Shown here: piece after piece, positions 14,291 through 27,219 of the stretch
Numbering within the stretch: position 1 is the first letter of the stretch
Layout: every line of letters starts with the position of its first letter
Source of the DNA: Eledone cirrhosa
Lineage: Eukaryota
NCBI GenBank assembly: GCA_964016885.1
Contig: OZ024760.1
Coordinates: forward strand, 10,974,001 to 11,038,000
Reading direction: 5' to 3'
DNA length: 64,000 nucleotides
Translations under genes and position numbers: made by a program
Notes under the pieces: generated by a model
Told to the model about the DNA's origin: nothing
Databases searched by the model: none
What the model saw: only the letters and a program-made list of their open reading frames with translations

Positions 14291-15298
14291 CACGAGGTGG
14301 CTTCAAATAGTTCGTGGAAAAAGGAGAGTTGGAAAAAACGGTTTAAGTTATGATGTTTATTTTTTAACATATGCTCCAGCTAGGTCAATACACTTCAGCA
14401 AGCTTTGATACCAGCCTTTAAGTCCATCTGTGTAAAACTGAGGGCCATGTGATTTAAACCATGTCAAACAACCGTTGATACCAGCTTTTAAGTCCATCTG
14501 TGTAAAACTGAGGGGCCATGCGATTTAAACCATGTCAAACAATCGTTGATACCAGCTTTTAAGTCCATCCGTGTAAAACTGAGGGCCATGCGATTTAAAC
14601 CATGTCAACAACCGTTGATACCAGCTTTTAAGTCCATCTGTTTAAAACTGAGGGCCATGTGATTTAAACCATGTCAAACAACCGTTGATACCAGCCTTTA
14701 AGTCCATCTGTGTAAAACTGAGGGCCATGTGATTTAAACCATGTCAAACAACCGTTGATACCAGCCTTTAAGTCCATCTGTGTAAAACTGAGGGCCATGT
14801 GAGTTAAACCATGTCAAACAACCGTTGATACCAGCTTTTAAGTCCATCTGTGTAAAACTGAGGGCCATGTGATTTAAACCATGTCAAACAACCGTTGATA
14901 CCAGCTTTTAAGTCCATCTGTGTAAAACTGAGGGGCCATGCGATTTAAACCATCTCAAAGCAGCTTTTTTTACATCTTCAACTGGGGATCATCTTCAACC
15001 TCATCTCTTCCACTTCTAAAACAACATCCATTTGTAGATTGTTGACTTCTTTGGGCCATTGTCCCCATAAACTTGTTCCAGAGCGTCAATGATTTGGCTG
15101 CTCCGCCACCCTAGCTTCACCATGAACTTGATGTTTAGATTTAGATGGGGGCCATGTTGTTCGATTGGGTGTTGACTTCTGACTGGCGGCACGGCGTTGC
15201 AACATGCATTTAAGGCTTCACGTTACAACATGTTATGACATGTTAGTATGATTTTTAGCTATGTACTTTTTTCATGAACGTTTTCAAGCCCCCTCGTG
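14291..15298 (-). mobile_element. Internally deleted mariner (HsMar2/irritans-like)
   Basis: TIRs CACGAGG(T/G)GGCTT(C/G)AAA..GTTC(G/A)TG; minus-strand remnants NIKFMVKLGWRSSQIIDALEQVYGDNGPKKSTIYKW and WFKSHGPQFYTDGLKGWYQSLLKCIDLAGAYVKK* resemble HsMar2 transposase termini. Confidence 0.85.
14405..14958. repeat. ~59-bp tandem repeat (~9 units) inside the mariner
   Basis: Unit TTGATACCAGC(C/T)TTTAAGTCCATCTGTGTAAAACTGAGGGCCATG(T/C)GATTTAAACCATGTCAAACAACCG. Confidence 0.95.
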
Positions 15299-15365
15299 TC
15301 TACCCATGCTAGCCTGGAAAATGGACTTCAAATGATGTTGATTTTGTGTGTGTGTGTGTGTGTGA

Positions 15366-15561
15366 GTTTAGCATAGAAATGGCTTTTTACAATTTACAAG
15401 ACTAGAACTGTTTCATTCAAAAGAAATCACCAGGAAAGCTTTCCTTTGAATGAAACAGTTCTAGACCTGTAGAAGCCATTTCTATACTAAACTTGATATT
15501 TACATTCTACTAATGTATTAAGTAACTTACTAACTGTGGTTACCTCTGATTAAACCCGGCA
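15366..15561 (+). mobile_element. Family H inverted-repeat element with tail; related reversed tail at ~8971-9025
   Basis: Arms 15366-15424 / 15445-15493 around GAAACAGTTCTA; tail ATTCT..TTAAGTAAC..GTGGTTACCTCTGATTAAACCCGG. Confidence 0.6.
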
Positions 15562-15737
15562 CGCTCGCATGCACACACAAACACGCACACACATACACAC
15601 TCACACTTGTATTTGTATATACGTGTGTGCTTATGTATATATGTGTGTGTGTGTGTATGTATGTAGGTTTCTCTCCGTACGTATGTGTGATAGATAGGTA
15701 GTGGGGTATATATACACACGAACACACACGGGGATAC

Positions 15738-16380
15738 TCACACAGGAACACACACACACGAACACACTGACACACACACACTGACACACACACACTGACA
15801 CACACACAAACACACTGACACACACACACTGACACACACACACTGACACACACACAAACACACTGACACACACACACTGACACACACACTGACACACACA
15901 CACTGACACACACACACTGACACACACACTGACACACACACTGACACACACACTGACACACACACTGACACACACACTGACACACACTGACACACACACT
16001 GACACACACACGAACACAAACACACTGACACACAAACACACATACACTGACACACACACACACTGACACACAAACACATATACACTGACACACACACGAA
16101 CACAAACACACTGACACACACACGAACACACACACACACACACACTGACACACACACACACTGACACACACACTGACACACCCACACACTGACACACCCA
16201 CACACTGACACACACACACACACTGACACACACACACAAACACTGACACACACACACGAACACACACACACTGACACACACACACACTGACATACACACA
16301 CACTGACACACACACACACTGACACACACACACACTGACACACACACACGCGAACACAAACACACTGGCACACACACACA
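15738..16380. repeat. (CACACACTGA)n-type compound CA microsatellite
   Basis: Directly visible. Confidence 0.95.
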
Positions 16381-17459
16381 GACATAGACATACGTAGGAA
16401 TAAACACACAGGGATATAGACACACACACAAACACATACACACATACAAAGACACACATAGACACATCACACACAGCGGAACAAACACACATAAGTGGTG
16501 TGTAATAAATTACCTAGGTACTTAAACGGGTATATAGATTCTTAACTAACCTAAAATCAATATCAGATTTTGCTTAATTTGGCTTTATACATTAAAAGTG
16601 GTACGTATATATATATATATATATGTGTGTGTATGTATAAACATACATATATGCATATATATGCATTTATGTGTGTGTGTATATATGTGTGCATGCTTAA
16701 ATATGCATATGTGTATAAATATATATATATATATTATACGTATATATGTATATAATGTGTGTTTTGTGCATGTATAAATACACACACATATATATATGCA
16801 TGCATAAATATGCATATGTATATAAATATATATATTATATATACGTATATGTATGTATGTGTTTGTTTGTGCGTGTGCATGTATAAATATACATATATAT
16901 ATGCATGTATTTATGTGCATGTATAAATATTCATGTGTATGCATGAGTATATATGTGTATATATGTATATATATATGCATATACACTTGCATATGTGTAT
17001 GCGTATCTCTCTCTCCCTGCCCCTTCCCTCTCCCCTCTCCCCTCACCAACCTCTCTCTGTTCCCTCCCCTCTCTCTCTATATATATACATATATAGACAC
17101 ATACATGTTTGTGTTTCTCTGTCATAAATTATGTATAGCTACCTACATACATGTACTTTTCTGTTCTCTCTAAATATATAATGTTTTCACTTAGACCTAG
17201 TTCTGGCTATTATTTTTACCCTCATGTCCGCCATTTTTCATTTATCCTCATTTACATTTCCTCTTTGGTTTGTCAAAACTTTGCTGGTTTTTATTCTTCA
17301 AATATTGTTTCTGGTAATTGGAGAACACGGATTCAAAAAAATTTTTTTTAAACGTTTGCTTCTTCATCGCAAATCTATTTTCTCCATTACATTTCTGTAT
17401 GCTTTTATTTGTGTTTTTCGCTTTGATTTGAATAACTGGTGCTAATGACATTATATTTT

Positions 17460-19250
17460 GACCATGGCATACTTCAGACTTAATTTAACAACAGACGCTG
17501 TGTCTTTAATATACTTCGCTGTTAATTTAACAACACATGTCTTTTTCTCTGTCCGGTTTTTAAACATGGCATACTTCAGAGTTAATTAAATATCAGACGT
17601 TACGCCTATAACATACTTCGCTGTTAATCTAATAACAGATGTCTTTCTGTGTCCAGCTTTTGACCAAGGCATACTTTAGCGTTAATTTAACAAGACGTTA
17701 CGTCTATAACATACTTCGCTGTTAATTTAACAACAGATGTCGTTTTGTATTCAACTTTTGACCAAGACACACTTCAGCGTTAATTTAACAACAGATGTCG
17801 TTTTGTATTCAACTTTAGATCAAGGCACACTTCAGCGTTAATTTAACAACAGATGTCGTTTTGTATTCAACTTTAGATCAAGGCACACTTCAGCGTTAAT
17901 TTAACAACAGATGTCGTTTTGTATTCAACTTTTGACCAAGACACACTTCAGCGTTAATTTAACAACAGATGTCGTTTTGTATTCAACTTTAGATCAAGGC
18001 ACACTTCAGCGTTAATTTAACAACAGATGTCGTTTTGTATTCAACTTTAGATCAAGGCACACTTCAGCGTTAATTTAACAACAGATGTCGTTTTGTATTC
18101 AACTTTTGACCAAGGCACACTTCAGCGTTAATTTAACAACAGATGTCGTTTTGTATTCAACTTTAGATCAAGGCACACTTCAGCGTTAATTTAACAACAG
18201 ATGTCGTTTTGTATTCAACTTTTGACCAAGGCACACTTCAGCGTTAATTTAACAACAGATGTCGTTTTGTATTCAACTTTAGATCAAGGCACACTTCAGC
18301 GTTAATTTAACAACAGATGTCGTTTTGTATTCAACTTTTGACCAAGGCACACTTCAGCGTTAATTTAACAACAGATGTCGTTTTGTATTCAACTTTTGAC
18401 CAAGGCACACTTCAGCGTTAATTTAACAACAGATGTCGTTTTGTATTCAACTTTAGATCAAGACACACTTCAACGTTAATTTAACAACAGATGTCGTTTT
18501 GTATTCAACTTTAGACCAAGACACACTTCGCTGTTAATTTAACAACAGATGTCGTTTTGTATTCAACTTTAGATCAAGACACACTTCAGCGTTAATTTAA
18601 CAACAGATGTCGTTTTGTATTCAACTTTAGATCAAGACACACTTCAGCGTTAATTTAACAACAGATGTCGTTTTGTATTCAACTTTAGATCAAGACACAC
18701 TTCAGCGTTAATTTAACAGCAGACATTGTGTCTATAACATACTTCGCTGTTAATTTAACAGATGTCTTTCTGCATCTAGCTTTTGACCACAACATTCTGC
18801 GCTCTCATTTTAACAACAGATGTGTTTTCTGTGTCTAGTTTTGTCTGATATATTTCAAATTAAATTTAACAACAGATGTTTTTTCTGTGTCCAGTGTCTG
18901 TCCACGAGGTTCTCCAGTATTAATTTAACGACAGATATTTGTTGTGTGTCCAGTTGGTGTTTATAACGTACTTCACTGTAAATTTAACACCAGATGTTTT
19001 TTTTTTGTGGCCGGCTTTTGTCCAAGGCATCCTTCGCTGTTAATTTAACAACAGATGTTCTTGCTGTGTCCAGTTTTTGTCTATGGTGAACATCTTTGTT
19101 AATTTAAAAACAGATGTTTTTTTTGTGTCTGATTTTTGATCTTATCATATTTCATCTCTAATTTAACAACAGATGTCTTTCTGCGTCCAGTTTTTGACCA
19201 TAACATATTTCAGTGTTAATTTTACAGCATATGTGTTTGCTGTGTCCAGA
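17460..19250. repeat. 58-bp satellite, homogeneous core ~17721-18715 with diverged flanks
   Basis: Unit GTTAATTTAACAACAGATGTCGTTTTGTATTCAACTTT(A/T)GA(T/C)CAAG(G/A)CACACTTCAGC; period 58 (e.g. 17891 to 17949). Confidence 0.95.
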
Positions 19251-20044
19251 TGTACATCATCCTAAACTCAGATGGAATTGTCTATTGCCTGCTGCTGTGG
19301 GTAGCCTTGTTTGTTATTGTTGCTGTTTCTGATGTAGTTGTTGTCGTTGTTGTTGCTGCTGCTGCTGTTGTTTTTACTGTTATTGTTGTTGATGTTGTTT
19401 GTGTTGTTGCTTCTGTTGATGTTACACCTGTCGTTATTGTTTCTGTTACGTCATCTAACTCAGTGTGTTGTGTTACAGGTGTTGTATCCAAATATCTCTA
19501 TCAACAAACAAGATAACATAAAAGAACCGCTGACAATTGTGAAGGTGTGACAATACCTTTAATCTCAGCATGTTAGGATTTTTTCTGGATAAATTTCCCT
19601 GCTTTTATGGGGGAGAGGAGGGAGTTTCTTTTGCATTTAGTGGTTTCATGTGCCTTAATTTCCCCCAGGCTGGTGTATTGTGAAGTTGAGTCAACATATT
19701 CATGAGTTGATGGAGTTTGTATACTAGTACACTACCCGACCAAACATCCCAATAAAATATTACACCTTTTCCAGACACCAATGTATGGCTAAAAAGGGGT
19801 ATGGCATGGTATGGCTCCGAAACTCCTGATGCAGCTGTAGAGGTACTGTAGTGGCATAATGTTTCTATCTAGGGCATATTAAGCGTTTATAATGAAGACA
19901 TATATCTATCTGTCTATATATATATATATATATCATCATCATCATCTTCGTTTAACGTCTATCTTCCACGCTAGTATGGGTTCAACAGGAGTTATCCAAC
20001 TTGAGGCAAGGTTGGTCGGGTGACCGTGTCTCGCTCATATAGGA

Positions 20045-20094
<50 letters not shown>

Positions 20095-20139
20095 TAAAAG
20101 ATCGAAGGCCATATTCACTTGATTGAGCTTTATTTAAAA

Positions 20140-20201
20140 TTTCGTTATACATATTTCGCTGGGGACTATCAGTTATGATAGCCTGAGCTCTTCAGACGAA
20201 A
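20140..20201 (-). ncRNA. Type I hammerhead ribozyme
   Basis: TTTCGT-CTGAAGA-GCT..GGCTATCA/TGATAGTC..AGC-GAAA-TATGTA-TA-ACGAAA; perfect 6-bp stem I; AATAAA just downstream. Confidence 0.85.
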
Positions 20202-20460
20202 AAAAAAACAAACTATTAATATAATTCTCCGGCTTGCGCCATTTATACAGGTCGTTGAGCGCTTTTCTTTATCTGCTTCACAACCAACAGACCATAATTT
20301 TGTCCGCACATCTCTGTTCTAATATATATATATATATATATAATGTGTGTGTGAGAGAGAGTGTGTGTGTGTCTATGAGAAAAGTAAATGGAAAGACGCA
20401 GCAAACGATAGAGAACAAAGAAGTATATTAGTTTACCGCTTGGTATAGGAATAAAAGAGG

Positions 20461-20497
20461 GTTAACGTTTCGGGCGCTTGTCCTTTATCAGAAGATA
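20461..20497 (-). mobile_element. Degenerate Penelope-type terminal-repeat hammerhead remnant
   Basis: CTGATAAAGGACAAGCGCCCGAAACGTTAA; core mutated (CTGATAA). Confidence 0.5.
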
Positions 20498-20620
20498 GAA
20501 TGAGAAATAAAAGAAGAAATAGGAACATAGAAGGGAGTGAGAAGAGGAAGAATTGGAAAAAGTTTTCTTCTTTTGAGGAAAAGCACGTGTGTGTGTTCAG
20601 GTTGCAACAGTGGGAATCTC

Positions 20621-20674
<54 letters not shown>

Positions 20675-20732
20675 ACACACACACAAACACGCATATATAT
20701 ATAAATATGAATACGCATACATACACATACAT

Positions 20733-20792
<60 letters not shown>

Positions 20793-20794
<2 letters not shown>

Positions 20795-21017
20795 CGAAGG
20801 AAATGTGGTAAGGAACCAGATGGACCATAACGCACCAAAGTATTCAATACTTAGGGTAGTAGAGTAGGTAATAGGAACGAGTAGGACCCCGACGGCTGAG
20901 CTCAAGCCGTTTCGACGGCTGTTTCTGGACTCAGAATTAGCCGTCGAATTAGTCCAGAATTAGTCCAGAATTAGCCGTCGAAATGGCTTGAGCTCAGCCG
21001 TCGGGGTCTTACTCGTT

Positions 21018-21021
<4 letters not shown>
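20793..21021 (-). mobile_element. Family E palindromic element between (TA)n tracts
   Basis: ~80-nt tail plus ~55-bp inverted arms ATAGGAACGAGTAGGACCCCGACGG.../...CCGTCGGGGTCTTACTCGTTCCTAT. Confidence 0.85.
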
Positions 21022-21084
<63 letters not shown>

Positions 21085-21090
<6 letters not shown>

Positions 21091-21190
21091 GGTGTACCCA
21101 AAAGATGTTTACACACTTTGATTACCTGTACATGCAATATTTAATAGAATACTGTTGAAGTGTGTATACATTTTTTGGAGACACCATGTA
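21085..21190. mobile_element. Tc1/mariner-type MITE (~105 bp); related decayed copy ~3295-3368
   Basis: Imperfect TIRs ACAGGGTGTACCCAAAAGATGTTTACACACTT / AAGTGTGTATACATTTTTTGGAGACACCATGT. Confidence 0.65.
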
Positions 21191-21481
21191 CACATGTGTG
21201 TGTGTGTATCTATATATACACACACGCGCGCGCACACAAATATATATACAGATACACTCACAAATATATATATATATATATATAGATACGCATAAACATA
21301 TATATATATATATATATTCATATTCATACAGATACACACAGAAATATACAGATAAACACAGAAATATATATATATATATATATATACTGATACACACAGA
21401 AATATATATGTATACAGATAAATATATACGCACATAAATATATATACAGATACACGCACAAATGTATATACAGATACACGC

Positions 21482-21543
<62 letters not shown>

Positions 21544-21833
21544 AGGAATAACCAAAGGGTGTTCAGAAATACATTATTTTATTAGCTAACAGTGTTTCAT
21601 CCATACCCTATGGCAGGAATCATCAGAGCCTATAAACAAGAGTATATCAATAGTTGCATGCTCCATCAAGCTGCGTCACCAGAACAAGGTTAAAGGACCT
21701 GCAGGGGGGTCCCACTGTCATGCCAAGGGCAATATATCTGCGTGTCTGGGCACACAGATATACTTGTCAACGAAACTATATATATATATTATTCAGAATA
21801 TTAATAAATGAAGACATTCACATAATCAAAATA

Positions 21834-21897
21834 TGTTTTATTATATATATTTCGAAGGTACTGTACTGTTTTTTCAGTACGTCCTCGTCAGATAAAA
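21834..21897 (-). ncRNA. Type I hammerhead ribozyme, family G; decayed relative ~31280-31340
   Basis: TTTTAT-CTGACGA-GG..GTACTG/CAGTAC..CC..-GAAA-TATATA-TA-ATAAAA. Confidence 0.7.
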
Positions 21898-21961
21898 TAC
21901 AGGAATTGATGTATGACATACCTCAACGGTCTTGATGGTTCAATTCCAGTATTGGCAGTCT

Positions 21962-21996
<35 letters not shown>

Positions 21997-22009
21997 GTGT
22001 GTGTGTGTG

Positions 22010-22213
22010 TTAGGTAATTCCGAAGGAAAAGCAAAGGAAAAAAAGAGTGCTCTATGTATAGAACAGAGCTATTTAATTATATACTGAACAACACAAAATG
22101 TGACAACATCTCTGTCTGACGACCGAGGCAGGCGTATGTTATCATCGACTGTGATCCAGAAACCTTTGGTAATGGAGTAGTTATATTTTGTGTTGCTCAC
22201 TTTCTAATTAAAT

Positions 22214-22214
<1 letters not shown>
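22010..22214. mobile_element. Family F element: reversed tail plus hammerhead-like arm (22110-22177, +)
   Basis: CTCTGT-CTGACGA...GAAA-CCTTTGG-TA-ATGGAG with irregular stem II; tail GAGTGCTCTATGTATAGAACAGAGC. Confidence 0.6.
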
Positions 22215-22273
<59 letters not shown>

Positions 22274-22408
22274 GATACACATATACATATATATATATAT
22301 ACAGATACCCACACATATATATATACAAATACACATTTACATAAATAAATATATATATATATATATATATACAGATTCACACACAAATATATATACACAA
22401 ATGCATAC

Positions 22409-22465
<57 letters not shown>

Positions 22466-23034
22466 CTGAGAGTGAACCAGTTAGTGTGTGAGTGAGAGAA
22501 AATAAATGTATAGTACAATGTAATAAACAAAATTGAAGGAGGGGAACGGAGGTGAAATTAATGTGAATAATACATGACAATATGGCGAATTGTTACTGAA
22601 ATAAGATTGAAAATATTTTCTCTTAATTTTTTATATTTTTATTTCATGCTTTCGTAGATTTCTGTAGAAAAAAAAAATCTTTCTTTTGCTATTGTCTTGT
22701 GTGTCTCTCTAGTTAATAAATTATGGTTAGTTCTTGAGACACGCTGATTTCCGTACTGGTTAGCTTCCCTAGTACTTCTCTTTCACTTCTGCTATTGTTC
22801 ACCAATAGCCGAGTGGTTAAACAGTCGAATTATTAATGTAGTTAGTAGAATAGTTAATCAGTTCGAATCTTTTTTTGTTAGTTAGTTATTTTTGTTTTTT
22901 TTTGTTTTAATTTGAAGTTTAATTCTGAGGGTATTCGATGTTTTCTTGACTAGGAACGCGTCCGAGATTATTGGTTGGCGGAAGAAAACAAAATATAATT
23001 AAATCAGAAACCAGGCTTAACTGTTTGCGTAATA

Positions 23035-23435
23035 ATTGTTTCTACTTTTGGCACAAGGCCAGCGATTAACCAGTACATTACTGGTACTTTATTTTATCGA
23101 CCCCGTAAGGATGCTAGGCAAAGTTAACCTCGACGGGATTTGAACTCATACCGTAAAGGGCCGTAACTCTATGCTGCAAAGTATGGGGTCCGACTCTCTA
23201 CTGATAATGCCAATCCACCGCCTTTTGCATAATAATAATAATAATAATAATAATAATTGTTTCTACTTTTGGCACAAGGCCAGCAATTACCCCAGTGCAT
23301 TACTGGTGCTTTATTTTATCGACCCCGTAAGGATGAAAGGCAAAGTCAACCTCGGCGGGATTTGAACTGTGACCGTAAAGGACCGTAACTCTATGCTGCG
23401 AATCATGGCGTCCGACCCTCCTCCGACAATGCCAA
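23035..23435 (-). mobile_element. Two tandem Meta-domain-like SINE copies separated by (AAT)n
   Basis: Same sequence as 11960-12140; copies at ~23035-23222 and ~23257-23435. Confidence 0.8.
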
Positions 23436-23897
23436 TAATAATAACTAGCTGGAGCCGTAAAAAAATTCACTGATAATTTTTCAAATTTAAATATTGTCCA
23501 ATGAATATTTATCAGTTAATCAAAGTTGTTTGATTTGCAGTGTTTTGGTGAATAAACAATTATATTTTCATTTATTTTATGTATAATAATGTAAGTTTAT
23601 TTCAAATTAATTCCATAAAAGTACACATAAAAAAAATCTTGACCGGATAACCATGTTGCTTGTTTATTTTCCTGTCTTCGGTTTGCTTTTATCCTTCTAT
23701 GTTGTTTACTTGTCTCCCTCGCCTTACGCGAATTCTGGTCCCAATAACTTTTGTTAGTTATTGCTCGCACCAACCTGAGGTATCTGATTTTTAATGCGAT
23801 GAAATACCAATGATGGCTGGAAAATCACTGACGAAGGACTATTTTTATCATATGTAACCCATGTGCAGCCACGCAGTATTCTTCTTTCTTCTCATGT

Positions 23898-23938
<41 letters not shown>

Positions 23939-23940
<2 letters not shown>

Positions 23941-24129
23941 CAAAGGAATTGTGGTAAGGAACCAGATGGACCATAACGCACCAGAGTACTCAATACTTAG
24001 AGTAGTAGAGTGGGAAATAGGAAAAAGTATCACCAAGACGGCAGAGCTCAAGCCGTTTCGACGGCTATTTCTGGGTTCAGAAATAGCCATCGAAACGGCT
24101 TGAGCTCTGCCGTCGGGGTCATACTTTTT

Positions 24130-24133
<4 letters not shown>
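23939..24133 (-). mobile_element. Family E palindromic element
   Basis: Tail plus arms ATAGGAAAAAGTAT..GACGGCAGAGCTCAAG / CTTGAGCTCTGCCGTC..ATACTTTTTCCTAT; (TA)n on both sides. Confidence 0.85.
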
Positions 24134-24179
<46 letters not shown>

Positions 24180-24465
24180 TAAAGTTAGTCCTTCATCAGT
24201 GATCTTCCAACCATCATTGGTATTTCATCGCTTTAAAGACCATATATATATATATCTTAAAAGCTTTCAACTATTTAGCAATGATGAATTAATTCCTTCT
24301 ACTACCCTAGCACCCCTATCCGCTTCGCTCCATGCCCATATTTAAAAAAATATTCTTCATGTCGTGTTGCCCAGGGACACATCTATGCAAATATATAGCT
24401 ATGTTGACATATAGTTATGTAGATATATAGATACATAGCTATGTAGAGATATAGTTATATATATA

Positions 24466-24504
<39 letters not shown>

Positions 24505-24599
24505 ATATATAGATATTCAGATAAATAGCTATATTTAATAGGTATATAAACATGCAGATATGTAGATATATCGATATGTAAATATATATAGTAATTCAG

Positions 24600-25000
24600 A
24601 TATATAGGTATATAATTATATAGATATATAGGTATATAATTATATAGATATATAGGTATATAATTATATAGATATATAGGTATATAATTATATAGATATA
24701 TAGGTATATAATTATATAGATATATATAGGTATATAATTATATAGATATATATAGGTATATAATTATATAGATATATATAGGTATATAATTATATAGATA
24801 TATAGGTATATAATTATATAGATATATAGGTATATAATTATATAGATATATAGGTATATAATTATATAGATATATAGGTATATAATTATATAGATATATA
24901 TAGGTATATAATTATATAGATATATAGGTATATAATTATATAGATATATAGGTATATAATTATATAGATATATAGGTATATAATTATATAGATATATAAA
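24600..25000. repeat. ~24-bp AT-rich minisatellite (TATAGGTATATAATTATATAGATA)n
   Basis: About 15 visible units. Confidence 0.9.
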
Positions 25001-25050
25001 TATATAATCATATAGCTATTTAGTCATCCAGATATATAGCTATACAGCTA

Positions 25051-25085
<35 letters not shown>

Positions 25086-25126
25086 AGATATGTAGATATA
25101 TAGCTATACAGCTATCTATCTATCTA

Positions 25127-25180
<54 letters not shown>

Positions 25181-25409
25181 TAGCTGTATAGCTATATAGA
25201 TATATAGCTAAATAGCTGTATAAACCTGGATGGCGGGGAAGTAATACGCGGAGGATTGACAGTTACATTTGAACTAGGGTTAACCCTTACCCCACTACTT
25301 GAAGGGGATTAAGGGAAAACAGCGACAGTAGTAGTAACAGTAGTAGTAGTAGTCTCAATCTTTTAAAAGCATCCTTTCCAACTTAAAAACATGTAAAATA
25401 ATTTAAAAG

Positions 25410-26330
25410 CACCACCACCACCACACACCACCACCACCACACACCACCACCACCACCACCACTGGCATCAACAATATGTACAGTAACATTATTTAAAACC
25501 AACACCACCGCCATTTACATCAACAACAATAACAACAACATGTACAGTAAATTACTTAATCCCATCACCACCATCACCATCACCACCACCACCATCACCA
25601 CCTCCACCACTATCATCACCACCACCACCATCACCACCTCCACCACTATCATCACCACCACCACCATCACCACCTCCACCACTATCATCACCACCACCAC
25701 CACCACCACCTCCACCACTATTATCATCACCACCACCACCACCAACTACAACATATACAGTAAAATTATTTAAAACCACCACCACCACCACCACCACCAT
25801 CACCATCACCACCACCACCATCACCACCTCCACCACTATCATCACCACCACCACCACCACCACCTCCACCACTATTATCATCACCACCAACTACAACATA
25901 TGCAGTAAAATTATTTAAAACCACCACCACCACCACCTCCACCATCACCACCATCACCATCACCACCTCCACCACCACCATCACCACCATCACCATCACC
26001 ACCACCACCATCACCATCACCACCACCACCATCACCACCACCACCATCATCACCACCACCATCACCATCACCACCACCACCATCACCACCTCCACCACTA
26101 TCATCACCACCACCACCTCCACCACTATCATCACCACCACCACCTCCACCACTATCATCATCACCACCACCACCACCACCACCAACTACAACATATACAA
26201 TAAAATTATTTAAAACCACCACCATCACCACCTCCACCATCACCACCACCACCATCACCACCACCATCACCACCACCATCACCACCACCATCACCACCAC
26301 CATCACTACCACCACCATCACCATCATCAT
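25410..26330. repeat. (CAC/CAT)n blocks separated by a recurring CAGTAAAATTATTTAAAAC spacer
   Basis: Spacer-like sequence recurs near 25395, 25485, 25545, 25760, 25905 and 26200. Confidence 0.85.
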
Positions 26331-26526
26331 CGACAACAACGAAAGAAAGAAAGAAAATAAAATCCCCAAAGCCAACAAGAAATAAGTAAAATATAGATAT
26401 TTTCTTAACCTGAAACTGACAATATCTCAGTGAACGCCATTAATAATGAGAATTAATAGTAATAATAATAGTAATAATAATAATAATAGTAATGGTAATG
26501 ATAGTAATGGTAACCATAGTAATAAT

Positions 26527-26712
26527 AATTGTTTCTACTTTTGGCACAAGGCCAGCAATTACCCCAGTGCATTACTGGTACTTTATTTTATCGACCCCGT
26601 AAGGATGAAAGGCAAAGTTAACCTCGGCGGGATTTGAACTCAGAATGGCAAGGGCCGTAACTCTATGCGTCAAAGCATGGCGTCCGACCCTTTACCGATA
26701 CTGCCAATCCAC
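26527..26712 (-). mobile_element. Meta-domain-like SINE
   Basis: Near identical to the copies at 11960 and 23257. Confidence 0.8.
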
Positions 26713-26727
26713 CATAGTAATAATAAT

Positions 26728-27171
26728 GATTTCTTTATTGGCCACAAGGGCTGACATCAAGAAAATTATTAGAGACGACACAGGACGGTACAGGACGGTA
26801 CAGGACGGTACAGGACGGTACAGGACGGTACGATGTGGGTTTTGTGCGTGTAAATATTTTTATTATTTATATAAGAAAAGAAAAAGAAAAGATATAGAAA
26901 CATATATATATATTTGTTGAACAAGATGGCGTAGCACAGAACAAAGGAGAGGCACAAAAACAAAGAAAAGAATCCCCAGTCACTGAAGAGGTCACAGAAT
27001 GTGTGACGAAAGAACTTTGACAATATATAAACAACCATCTGGTTGTGGAACCAACCAACCAACCGGAAATTTATAAATTCCTAAATTTATAAATTTATTA
27101 TAATAAATGGAAGTGAAAGCAACTGGTGCGTGTGTTTCTTATTGACAACATGACCCTCCCAAAGTATAACA

Positions 27172-27219
<48 letters not shown>

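Noticed and set aside
17460-19250. CRISPR-like look of a conserved ~20-nt repeat with ~38-nt variable spacers
   Set aside because: The spacers are homologous to one another and identical in the core; eukaryotic context and no cas genes. It is a satellite.
22806-22870. tRNA-like A box (AGCCGAGTGGTTA) and B box (GTTCGAATC)
   Set aside because: No cloverleaf pairing; more likely a decayed SINE head.
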